From the IMG/VR virus record IMGVR_UViG_3300020045_003741, positions 1 to 36,378 of that record: a stretch of DNA of 36,378 bases; one strand, written 5' to 3'. This DNA comes from a virus (taxonomy: Duplodnaviria; Caudoviricetes). Below are positions 1 through 8,412 of this stretch, one piece after another. Made by a program: the position numbers and the translations under genes. Positions within the stretch are counted from its first letter, which is position 1. Each line of letters opens with the position of its first letter. The notes beneath the pieces were generated by a model. The model ran no database searches and was not told the DNA's origin. It saw only the letters and a program-made list of their open reading frames with translations.

Positions 1-121
1 TAATTTATTTTTTTTTTTTATATAATATAAAGACTTAGAGCGTTATTTTTTTATTTCTCGGTTGTAACTCAGGTGATTTACAGTTGTATTGGTTGCAACC
101 TGAGCCAGTAAAAATAAAAAA
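1..121. repeat. Terminal direct repeat, left copy (identical to 36258-36378); most likely assembly circularisation overlap
   Basis: TAATTTATTTTTTTTTTTTATATAATATAAAGAC...GCCAGTAAAAATAAAAAA occurs identically at both ends, 121 bp. Confidence 0.95.
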
Positions 122-141
122 CTATACAAATAATAAATTTA

Positions 142-150
142 TGCTATAGT
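142..150 (+). promoter_or_regulatory. Putative extended -10 sigma70 promoter for the rightward operon
   Basis: TG-C-TATAGT after a very AT-rich upstream tract; no clear -35. Confidence 0.45.
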
Positions 151-159
151 GTTATCAAC

Positions 160-385
160 ATCAGGGTAGCGCCCATCCATCAGCCTAATCCCCATTGCAG
201 AGTGCGGGATTTGGCAAAGACCCCGGCTAACCCACCGGTTAACGATTTAATGCTAATGCGTAAAACTTGCCGCACTGTCCCTATTTCATCGGTGCGGGGT
301 AAAATAATCCCGTTTTGGTATGGGTAACAAGGCCGGAAGGCGCGTAATTTTAAGCCGGAACGTGCGTAATTAAATCAGGGTTACA
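160..385 (+). ncRNA. Putative structured leader RNA
   Basis: No convincing ORF; long-range pairs TAACCC(228-233)/GGGTTA(378-383) and GATTTAAT(244-251)/ATTAAATC(369-376); hairpins GCCTAATCCC..GGGATTTGGC and CCGCAC..GTGCGG. Confidence 0.4.
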
Positions 386-446
386 ATTTTTAAATTAAAT
401 TAAGGCTGTGTTCACTTATCAATTTTTGCAATACAGGCGAGTTCTT

Positions 447-662
447 ATGAAAGCAATACATGACACCAGGGTAATAGGAGTTTTGGCCGTGTGGCTTATC
501 CTGCTGCCGATAATCGCCTTCTTGCCGGTTGATATTCGATGGACTATTGAGAGTCGAGTTGTTCAAATGGCATTCGGCTATTATCCGCATAGTTTTGATG
601 ACTGGTATCATGTGTTTATGTTGATTATTGTGCTGATAAGCATCCTTGTGTTGGCGTGGTGA
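447..662 (+). CDS. Small membrane protein, two predicted TM segments
   Basis: ORF 408..662, likely start at ATG 447 (MKAIHDTRV); two hydrophobic stretches. Confidence 0.55.
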   Translation: MKAIHDTRVIGVLAVWLILLPIIAFLPVDIRWTIESRVVQMAFGYYPHSFDDWYHVFMLIIVLISILVLAW

Positions 663-665
663 AAA

Positions 666-890
666 ATGGCGTACTATAAGTTTTGGATGGTGTATGACAG
701 TGGAAAGCTTCAAGATAAACAATATTTCGTTGAGTCAGAAGCGATAGATCATGCACAATGGCTAGCAAAGGATGGAGATCGTCCTGTTTATGTACTAGAA
801 GCAATGAGCGGATACGATACCCCGGAGCCAAAGGTGGTAAAATTTACAACAGAGCGCGTTCCGTTGGCTGTTAACGGAAAGGATTTATGA
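666..890 (+). CDS. Hypothetical phage protein
   Basis: 74 aa ORF packed against the upstream gene; ESEAIDHAQWLAK..PVYVLEAM resembles small phage accessory proteins. Confidence 0.7.
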   Translation: MAYYKFWMVYDSGKLQDKQYFVESEAIDHAQWLAKDGDRPVYVLEAMSGYDTPEPKVVKFTTERVPLAVNGKDL

Positions 891-909
891 ATGGCGCGCG
901 TTTAATACT

Positions 910-1152
910 GTGAGCAATTTTAATTGCGAAAAATGCGGAAAGCCGTGTATTGATAGTCCGATAGGATATGTTACGGGATGTGAGCATTACCCTGCGGATG
1001 AAGCCCCACCCGCGCCGACAAATGACGCGGGGTTAGCAGTGGTGTTATTTGGAATGTTTAGCCGTAATCTTAACATCCCATCCCAAGGCGATAAGATCAC
1101 GGATGAAGTCGAGCCGCCAGTCACGCAGGTAGGCGCTCATGTTTCTTTTTGA
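910..1152 (+). CDS. Small Cys/His (zinc-finger-like) protein
   Basis: CEKCGKPCIDSPIGYVTGCEHYP motif. Confidence 0.55.
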   Translation: MSNFNCEKCGKPCIDSPIGYVTGCEHYPADEAPPAPTNDAGLAVVLFGMFSRNLNIPSQGDKITDEVEPPVTQVGAHVSF

Positions 1153-1322
1153 AATGATGATGTGCATTTTTTAATCCTCAAAAGTTGTTTCCTAATCCTA
1201 TCCCGGCACTTTCGACAGACCGGATTAGCGCGTGGTTGGCATTCTCGTTCTGCCCCACATTCGGGGCAGGTCGTTGTTGTCATGCGGCGCATGGCCGCAA
1301 GCTGTTGGCCGGGGTTAGACAT
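1137..1322 (-). CDS. Small zinc-finger protein in an inverted two-gene cassette
   Basis: CPEC...CRKC and a basic C-terminus; overlaps the end of the upstream minus-strand gene. Confidence 0.7.
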   Translation of the reverse strand: MSNPGQQLAAMRRMTTTTCPECGAERECQPRANPVCRKCRDRIRKQLLRIKKCTSSFQKET

Positions 1323-1548
1323 GATTTAAGCTGACAATTTCGCTGATTGTCATTCCGTTGTCGATAAAGCCAAAGCACTCCCTGGCTTGTTCTGCAAATT
1401 TTTCTATTTTAACGACCCTAAAGGCCAAACTTCCTGTATTTCCGATCCATTTGATGTACGGAGCTTTTACAGAGATGCTTCCATCTCTGTGGTTTATAAG
1501 GCGGTATTCTGTGTTATAAATTCCGCAGGTTGTGTTTATTGTTTTCAT
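1315..1548 (-). CDS. Hypothetical protein in the inverted two-gene cassette
   Basis: ATG at 1548 (MKTINTTCGIY) preceded by a GGAGGA RBS; 77 aa. Confidence 0.7.
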   Translation of the reverse strand: MKTINTTCGIYNTEYRLINHRDGSISVKAPYIKWIGNTGSLAFRVVKIEKFAEQARECFGFIDNGMTISEIVSLNHV

Positions 1549-1700
1549 TTTCTTATCCTCCAAAGTGGTCCAGGAAATCCAGACCGTGGAAAAAGGATAC
1601 GTGCGTTTCCGCAATAACGCAAGTGAATAATTATTATTTTATTATTTATTTTTTGATTGTACTAGATGTAGTGTTTGTGTTATGTTTGAACACAATATAT

Positions 1701-1728
1701 TGATTATTTAAAACGGATTATGTTAAAT
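1701..1728 (+). other. dif-like site: perfect XerD arm with a degenerate XerC arm
   Basis: TGATTATTTAA-AACGGA-TTATGTTAAAT; the right 11 bp equal the canonical proteobacterial XerD arm. Confidence 0.4.
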
Positions 1729-1729
1729 A

Positions 1730-2041
1730 ATGGCAGGTAAAGGCGCACCAAAGGGACGACCCAAGCCGGAAGGGGCCGGCAGAGCTAAGGGAACGCTGAA
1801 TAAAAACACAGCCGACCTTAAAGCGATGGCTTTCGCCGCGCTTAACGCAGGCGCAGGCGGTCAGGCTTTTCTTGAGCAACAGAAACGGGAAAACCCCGTG
1901 GCATTCCTGAACTTCATTGCCAAGTTTGTGCCACGGGATTTGAACCTAGGCGGACAGGATGGCAACCCAATCAAAGCCATACACCGCATCGAACTGGTTC
2001 CGCTTCTAGGTAATGATTCCACAGATAGCCCTACCGAGTAA
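1730..2041 (+). CDS. terS: Terminase small subunit
   Basis: GRAKGTLNKNT basic N-terminus and LNLGGQDGNPI C-terminus typical of TerS; directly upstream of and overlapping terL. Confidence 0.8.
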   Translation: MAGKGAPKGRPKPEGAGRAKGTLNKNTADLKAMAFAALNAGAGGQAFLEQQKRENPVAFLNFIAKFVPRDLNLGGQDGNPIKAIHRIELVPLLGNDSTDSPTE

Positions 2042-3422
2042 GCTTATCCCCGTATTCCACGGCGAGGCGGACGTGCGCGGAGCCTATGGCGGACGCGGTA
2101 GCGCCAAGACCCGCAGCTTTGCAAAGATGGCCGCCGTCAAAGGCTTTATGTTTGGATGTATGGGCATTACCGGGCAGATACTTTGTGCCAGGCAGTTCAT
2201 GAACTCTCTTGATGATAGTTCGCTGGAAGAGTGCAAGCGGGCCATTCAGGATGAACCGTGGCTATTGAGCTACTACGAAATAGGCGATAAGTACATCAAG
2301 TCGTATGATGGCAAGATAGCGTTCAGCTTTGCCGGTCTGGATCGCAACATATCGAGCATCAAATCCAAAGGCCGCATCCTGCTATGTTGGGTCGATGAGG
2401 CCGACGTGGTGAACGAACCGGCATGGCGCACCTTGATACCCACGTTACGGGAGGAAGGCTTGGTTGACGGCAAGGCCTGGAATGCGGAATTGTGGGTAAC
2501 CTGGAACCCCTTGCGTAAGGGTAGCCCAACCGACCTGCGATTCAAGAATAGCACCGACCCGCGCTACAAAATCATCTCGCTTAATTGGCGCGATAACCCC
2601 AAGTTCCCAGCGGTCCTGGAGCGGCAGCGACAGCGGGACTTGCTTAATAAGCCGGATGAATATGATCATATCTGGGAGGGCGCTTACGGCAGCAGCCAAG
2701 GCGCAATCCTGTCACGCTGGGTAAATGAGGCTGAGAGAGAAGGACGCATCCACAATGATGTAACCTACGACAAGCGCGGGCATGGCATCGTTATCAGTTC
2801 TGACATCGGCTTCCGGGACACCACAGGCTGGTGGTACTGGCAGCCGGTCATCGGCGGTGCAAAGTTACTCATGTACGATGGCGCAAGCGGCATGGATTCG
2901 GACGACTGGATACCCATTATCCACGAAAACCTACTTAAGCTTGGTTCCAACTCAAACAACGGCCTGCACAAGATTTGGCTTCCCTCAGACGCCAAAGCCA
3001 AGACCTTCCAAAGCAAAAATACATCCCATGAGAAATTCATCCGCGCTTTCGGCGGCAACAAGGTTCGCATCGTGCCGCAGTCCCGCAAGCACGACCAGAT
3101 CGAGGCGGCGCGTACCTTCATCAAGCGCGTAGAGTTCAATGGCGAACTATGCGAGGATGGGCTGGACGGCCTACGAGCATGGGAATTTGACTATAACGAG
3201 GATGCCGGCGTATTCAGCCGAGAGCCGAAACACAACTGGGCGAGCCATCCTGCCGACGCGTTTTCATACGGATGCCAAGTGCTAAAAGAGCCAATCGAAG
3301 ATAAAAGCACTACACCTATTGACCAGCAACTTATTAATGCTAGTATAGCGAATATAAGCATGGGTAAAATCACGCAAAATCACCTTAAGACCATGAAATC
3401 CAGGCGAGAAAATGCACTATGA
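2013..3422 (+). CDS. terL: Terminase large subunit (PBSX-like)
   Basis: Walker A AYGGRGSAKT, Walker B WVDEAD, coupling motif TWNP, nuclease motifs SSDIGFRD and HNWASHPADAF. Confidence 0.97.
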   Translation: MIPQIALPSKLIPVFHGEADVRGAYGGRGSAKTRSFAKMAAVKGFMFGCMGITGQILCARQFMNSLDDSSLEECKRAIQDEPWLLSYYEIGDKYIKSYDGKIAFSFAGLDRNISSIKSKGRILLCWVDEADVVNEPAWRTLIPTLREEGLVDGKAWNAELWVTWNPLRKGSPTDLRFKNSTDPRYKIISLNWRDNPKFPAVLERQRQRDLLNKPDEYDHIWEGAYGSSQGAILSRWVNEAEREGRIHNDVTYDKRGHGIVISSDIGFRDTTGWWYWQPVIGGAKLLMYDGASGMDSDDWIPIIHENLLKLGSNSNNGLHKIWLPSDAKAKTFQSKNTSHEKFIRAFGGNKVRIVPQSRKHDQIEAARTFIKRVEFNGELCEDGLDGLRAWEFDYNEDAGVFSREPKHNWASHPADAFSYGCQVLKEPIEDKSTTPIDQQLINASIANISMGKITQNHLKTMKSRRENAL

Positions 3423-5725
3423 GTGAGCCAATGAACACCGACCTAGCCTACTGGCTTAATGAAATTGACGGCGCCAAGAAGCGAGACGATGATTATGTCC
3501 GCGACGGCGACCGCATTCTGGACATTTATTCATGCAAGGACGAAAAGAAAGTCCCGTTTAACGTCCTGTTCTCCAATACCGACACCCTCCTCCCCGCGTT
3601 ATTTTCCTCCACCCCGCGCCCGGTAGTACAGCGGCGCTTCAAAGACGATGACCCAATAGGAAAAGCGGCTGCAATGGCCGGCACACGGATGTTGGAGTAT
3701 TTGATCGATACAAATATCGACGGCTACGAAACTTTTACCGAAGGCGTGCAGAAAGCCGTCATCGATGCCCTATTACCTGGGCGCGGAATTACCGCAGTCA
3801 AGTATGATGCAGAAATCAACGAAGAAGACGACCCCAACAAACCAGAACCAGGAGACACCGACAATGAAGAACAAGAAACCGACGACACCGAAGAAGATGC
3901 CACCGAAACAGGGCCGCTGTTAGAGAAAGAAAGCGAACTCGTCTGCATCGATGCAAAAGAATGGGATCGCGTGCTATTCGGCTATTCCAAAAAGTGGTCG
4001 ACCACGCCCTGGATCGCCTTCGAGCAATCGATTGATAAGCCGGAGGCCATCCGTTTATTTGGCGCATCAATAGCCAATAAAATCCAGTATACCAAGGACA
4101 ATGACAAACCCGACGACGACAAGACCAATGGTGACGATGAGAACCAGGGCGGACGCAAGACAGCCGTTATCTATCAAATATGGGACAAGGCAAACGGTCG
4201 CAAGGTGCGTTATGTCTCGCGCCATTACAAGGACGGCTTTCTAAAGGTCGAGGACGACCCGCTAGAGTTGACAGGATTTTACCCCATACCCAAGCCGCTG
4301 TGTATTGTCGCTCAGTCTGTCGATCATGCGCCGATTGCGTCCTATTTATTTTACGAAACTCAAGCCAAGGAACTCAACGAACTGACCCGGCGCATCACGC
4401 TCTTAGCCAAGGCCATCAAGGCCAAAGGCATTTATGATGCCGAACTGGGCGACGATATCGCCAACATGATGGACGGCGACGACAACAGCCTTATGCCTGC
4501 CGACAAGTCCAGCGCCATTGCCGCTGAAAAAGGCTTCCAGAATGCTATCTGGTTCATGCCTGTTGAACAGCTTATCAAGGTATTGCGCGAGCTGTACACG
4601 GCCCGCGAGCAATGCAAGCAGGTAATCTATGAAATCACCGGCATTAGCGACATTATCCGGGGCAGCACCAACGCCAACGAAACCGCCACGGCGCAGAACA
4701 TAAAGAGCCAATGGGGCACCATGCGCCTACAGCGGATGCAGGGCGAAGTCCAGCGCTATGCCCGCGACATATTGCGCATCATGCTGGAGCTAGCCGCGTC
4801 GAAGTTCAGCGAATCGACATGGGCTAAAATGACAGGCTTACCGTTTGCAACGGAAGAGCAAGTGGCGCAGGCGCAAGCCATTGTGCAGGCTTCACAGCAA
4901 ATGCAGCAGCCACAACAAGCACCCATGCAGCCAGGACAGCCACCGCAACAACCCCAAGTCAGCCCCATCGTCCAACAAGCTCAACAAACCCTGCAACAGC
5001 CGCAATGGAGCCAAGTTCTCGAATTGCTTCGTAACGATATCGACCGCAGCTATCGCATCGACATTGAAACAAATTCCACGGTACTGCCGCAACTGCAAGA
5101 AGATCAACAGAATATGGCGCAAGTGCTGGACGCGCTCAGCAAATACCTGCAAGGCGTCACGCCATTGATACAAGCCGGTGCGTTTCCGTTCGAGGCCGCA
5201 AAAGCCATGATGATGAGCGTGGTACGCCGCTTTCAATTCGGCCAGGAGATAGAGGATTACATTAAGGAAATGAAGCAGCCCCAACCGCCTGCGCCACCAC
5301 AAGACAATACGCTGCAAATAAAGCAAATGGAAACTCAAGCGCAGCAGCAGTCCGAAGAAAAGAACGCGCAACTCACGCTGCAAGTCGAGCAGGGCAAGGC
5401 CGCAACACAAATGCGACTTGAGGAAATGAAGAACAGCACCGATATAAAGAAGCACGCCATGACGCTTAATGCGTCCAAGCGAGAGGCCGATGCCATGCAG
5501 TTTGACGAAAATGGGGAGGAGATTATGGGGCCGACACAAATGGAACAAATGATGGCGTTGCTTGAAAATGCGCAACAGCAGAACTTACAGGCACAACAGG
5601 CGCAAACGCAACAGATCGGCGCCATGATAGCCGCCATGACCGAGACGCTTGCCGCGCCCAAGATTATTGTCCGAGATGACTCAGGCCGCGCCGTTGGCGT
5701 TAAAACACTTTCAATATTAAATTAA
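3419..5725 (+). CDS. Portal protein with a long Gln-rich C-terminal extension
   Basis: 768 aa after terL with ATGA overlap; YEITGISDIIRG..ETATAQNIK motif of podovirus-type portals. Confidence 0.9.
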   Translation: MSEPMNTDLAYWLNEIDGAKKRDDDYVRDGDRILDIYSCKDEKKVPFNVLFSNTDTLLPALFSSTPRPVVQRRFKDDDPIGKAAAMAGTRMLEYLIDTNIDGYETFTEGVQKAVIDALLPGRGITAVKYDAEINEEDDPNKPEPGDTDNEEQETDDTEEDATETGPLLEKESELVCIDAKEWDRVLFGYSKKWSTTPWIAFEQSIDKPEAIRLFGASIANKIQYTKDNDKPDDDKTNGDDENQGGRKTAVIYQIWDKANGRKVRYVSRHYKDGFLKVEDDPLELTGFYPIPKPLCIVAQSVDHAPIASYLFYETQAKELNELTRRITLLAKAIKAKGIYDAELGDDIANMMDGDDNSLMPADKSSAIAAEKGFQNAIWFMPVEQLIKVLRELYTAREQCKQVIYEITGISDIIRGSTNANETATAQNIKSQWGTMRLQRMQGEVQRYARDILRIMLELAASKFSESTWAKMTGLPFATEEQVAQAQAIVQASQQMQQPQQAPMQPGQPPQQPQVSPIVQQAQQTLQQPQWSQVLELLRNDIDRSYRIDIETNSTVLPQLQEDQQNMAQVLDALSKYLQGVTPLIQAGAFPFEAAKAMMMSVVRRFQFGQEIEDYIKEMKQPQPPAPPQDNTLQIKQMETQAQQQSEEKNAQLTLQVEQGKAATQMRLEEMKNSTDIKKHAMTLNASKREADAMQFDENGEEIMGPTQMEQMMALLENAQQQNLQAQQAQTQQIGAMIAAMTETLAAPKIIVRDDSGRAVGVKTLSILN

Positions 5726-5744
5726 AAGGCTTAGTGGTCACAAT

Positions 5745-6875
5745 ATGAGTCAAAAAAGATTTAATCAAAAGTTTGTCTGCTTCCCGGAATTTGCGGATAT
5801 GTCCACAAGCGGTAACGCATTACCGGTAATCAACGCAACCGGTGAAACTATTTTTGCGTGCGGGCATATTGCCCTGGAAAATCCTGATGGTGGATCGAAA
5901 ACGATTTCAGCTGCTGGCGGTGGCTCCATTGTCGTCTTGCTGGGAACGGTGACTTTTGCAAATGCGGGATCAACATTTGATGTGGGTATTCAGGATATTT
6001 CGACAGCCACAAACCCCATGCAAGGTGACGGCACGTTCGATGTTAAGGCGTCATTTACTGGCGGCGGCGGTGGCATAACCGGCAGTGCATTTAATACTTG
6101 CGCAATGACATCAGGGACAAAAACCTTAGCTCATGGCGACATAGTTGCCATAGGCTTTGCCATGACAGCAAGAGCTGGAGCCGATTCTATTGTAGTTTCC
6201 AGCGTTGGTATGGCTTGCCCAAAGGCATTCCCTGCTTCCGTAACCAATGCCTCCGGTCCTTTTACTCGTATTGCCAGTTGCATTCCAGCCGCGTATATTA
6301 TTTTTGATGATGGTTCAATTGGCTGGATTTATGGCGCATGGTGCCACACTGGAATAGCAACACAAACGTATAACTTAAATACAGCTACCGCGGATGAGTA
6401 TGGCAATTTAATAATGTTTCCCGGCACAGTTGAGGCCGAGGGCATAAGCGTCGTTGTAACTGCCGGGGCTACGGCTGATTTTGAGGTGATTTTATATTCC
6501 GATCCGTTAGGCACCCCTGTTGCGGAAAGGGTAGTTTCCATAGATTCAACTTATCTAGCGGGTAGTGGCTTTGTGGTGGATGTTTTATTCCCGACCAGGA
6601 TTAGATTGCGCCCGAATATTGAATATGCCGTAACAGTCCGCCCAACGACAACAACTAATATATCAACTTACTCTATTGATACGGATTCAGTCTCAGGCGG
6701 AGGGAAAATTCACCCACCAAATTCTACCGCGTATGCAATCAGACGGCTAGATAATGCCGGGGCATTCTCGGACTATAATAACGGTACAGCAAAAACCAGA
6801 CTCTTTAAAATGTCTGTTTTCGGGTCGTACATGGAGCAGGGCATAAATAATAGCTTTAATCAATTAGGAATTTAA
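5745..6875 (+). CDS. Beta-rich putative virion accessory (head fibre/decoration) protein
   Basis: 376 aa rich in Gly/Thr/Ser/Ala with beta-strand patterns; lies in the head module; more T-ending codons than its neighbours. Confidence 0.55.
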   Translation: MSQKRFNQKFVCFPEFADMSTSGNALPVINATGETIFACGHIALENPDGGSKTISAAGGGSIVVLLGTVTFANAGSTFDVGIQDISTATNPMQGDGTFDVKASFTGGGGGITGSAFNTCAMTSGTKTLAHGDIVAIGFAMTARAGADSIVVSSVGMACPKAFPASVTNASGPFTRIASCIPAAYIIFDDGSIGWIYGAWCHTGIATQTYNLNTATADEYGNLIMFPGTVEAEGISVVVTAGATADFEVILYSDPLGTPVAERVVSIDSTYLAGSGFVVDVLFPTRIRLRPNIEYAVTVRPTTTTNISTYSIDTDSVSGGGKIHPPNSTAYAIRRLDNAGAFSDYNNGTAKTRLFKMSVFGSYMEQGINNSFNQLGI

Positions 6876-6876
6876 T

Positions 6877-7188
6877 ATGGCAGCAATGAACCCCCCGGCT
6901 AATGGCGTAGCCTTTACGTTTTACGCCTGTTTGCGCGATGCCGACGACAATCTAAGCTTTCAATCGAACCCGACGATTGCCGCCGGTGATTTTAAAGTGT
7001 CCAAGGATGGTGGCGCATTGGCCAACCTGACTACTTTACCGGCAGTAACCCCGGCATCAAGCGTTATGGTTAAATTCGTGCTTTCAGCTACAGAAATGAC
7101 AGCGGATAACGTTACCATCGTCGGCATAGATCAAACGGCAACAAAAGAGTGGGCGGATTTCTCTATCAACATCATGACGACGGCCTAA
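6877..7188 (+). CDS. Small beta-rich putative virion protein
   Basis: TIAAGDFKVSKDGGALANLTTLP..LSATEMTADNV; coupled to its neighbours. Confidence 0.65.
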   Translation: MAAMNPPANGVAFTFYACLRDADDNLSFQSNPTIAAGDFKVSKDGGALANLTTLPAVTPASSVMVKFVLSATEMTADNVTIVGIDQTATKEWADFSINIMTTA

Positions 7189-7194
7189 GCTCAA

Positions 7195-7608
7195 ATGGCT
7201 TCTTACCAACTCTTTCTTGGTAATCCTACAGCAGCGGCAGTTATATCAACCGTGGCTCGTATCGGCGGCGATGACGCGCCTAGGAGCCACACCAGCATTT
7301 GGTATGGAAAGCCTTCGTATGAGATAAGGGCGGGGCTTAAGGAAGAATTTGACCGCTATTTCAGCGATGACGAAGCCGAGACGCTTATTGATCAAATCGA
7401 AAGCGACATTAAGCGCGGTCTTCGTGCCGATGAGATTATCGCGGCGTTTTATGCCACATTGGAAGCGCAAGCCGAGCAGTTAAAACTTGAACAGGATTTA
7501 TATGCAGCCCGCGCCATGGCAATGCTATACCTTGATGAAGTCATCCGGGAGCAAAGGGCATTAGCGGAGACGCAAGACGAAGAATTTATTTTATTAATGA
7601 TGACATAG
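7195..7608 (+). CDS. Conserved-looking hypothetical head-region protein
   Basis: GGDDAP motif and acidic-hydrophobic C-terminus DEEFILLMM. Confidence 0.7.
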   Translation: MASYQLFLGNPTAAAVISTVARIGGDDAPRSHTSIWYGKPSYEIRAGLKEEFDRYFSDDEAETLIDQIESDIKRGLRADEIIAAFYATLEAQAEQLKLEQDLYAARAMAMLYLDEVIREQRALAETQDEEFILLMMT

Positions 7609-7618
7609 GCCAAAGATT

Positions 7619-7969
7619 ATGAGTAATTTAGTTAATGAGGGCGGTGCCGGGCTGTTTGCGGCATGTAGCGTTGATGTTAATGCGGCGGTCACCGCCAATG
7701 TGGACGCGGCAGTTGCGGCGCAAGCAGGACTAAGGTTAATGGGCTTTTCCGCCAAGGAAAGCGCAGGTATTCCGGCAGCTGCTACGTTTACGCTGGTTCA
7801 TGGTGCGACCGTGGGCGGTGGCACCAACGTGGCCTATCAAAATCTTGCACTAAGCGGTAGCAATACGGAATGGTTCGGCCCTGACGGTATCGCCTGCCCT
7901 AACGGAATATCCATTGACTGGCTTACCGGGCAGGTCGATGTGTGCATCTTCTACAAGGTCGTGACCTAA
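7619..7969 (+). CDS. Small beta-rich putative structural protein
   Basis: 116 aa; LRLMGFSAKE..WFGPDGIACPNGISI. Confidence 0.65.
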   Translation: MSNLVNEGGAGLFAACSVDVNAAVTANVDAAVAAQAGLRLMGFSAKESAGIPAAATFTLVHGATVGGGTNVAYQNLALSGSNTEWFGPDGIACPNGISIDWLTGQVDVCIFYKVVT

Positions 7970-7973
7970 GCCT

Positions 7974-8405
7974 ATGCCAACCTATACCTATAAATGCGAA
8001 TGGTGCGGGGCGCGATTCGAGCGTGTCGTCCGCATAAAAGAGCATAAGCCGTATGCGGAATGCATCTGTGGCGAATCGGCGAAACAGACCATTGAGTACG
8101 CGCCCATGGTCGTTATTCCTGAGCATATGCGCTGGAATGCACAGGCTTACACGTCTCCTATCGATGGCCGGCCAATCACCACCAAACGCCAACACATCGA
8201 GGACATGGCGCGGAATGACTGCATCGAGTATGAGCCAGGCATGAAACAGGATGTAAATCGGCGCGTGATCGAAAGCGATAAGGAATTGGACAAGCTGGTT
8301 GACGAGACGATAGACCGAGAGATCGCATCGATGCCCGCAGTAAAATTAGAGCGTCTTGACGCGGAATTGTCCGCAGGCATGACGGCTGAACCTATTAGAC
8401 TTTAG
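7974..8405 (+). CDS. FmdB-family zinc-ribbon protein
   Basis: MPTYTYKCEWCGARFE...CICG N-terminus; YTSPIDGRPITT motif; precedes the scaffold gene. Confidence 0.85.
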   Translation: MPTYTYKCEWCGARFERVVRIKEHKPYAECICGESAKQTIEYAPMVVIPEHMRWNAQAYTSPIDGRPITTKRQHIEDMARNDCIEYEPGMKQDVNRRVIESDKELDKLVDETIDREIASMPAVKLERLDAELSAGMTAEPIRL

Positions 8406-8412
8406 GATTTGT

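Noticed and set aside
1-121. Terminal repeat as a true physical direct terminal repeat of the virion DNA
   Set aside because: An exact 121-bp overlap cutting through low-complexity DNA far from terS is what a k-mer assembler gives for a circular or permuted genome; read-end data would be needed.
3319-3346. Internal promoter TTGACC-16-TAGTAT at the end of terL
   Set aside because: Plausible but both boxes are imperfect and it lies in coding sequence; not enough support to list as a feature.
4892-5575. 227-aa antisense ORF and other long antisense or alternate-frame ORFs in the track
   Set aside because: They shadow well-supported genes, mirror Gln- or Ala-rich codon runs and lack RBS or motifs.
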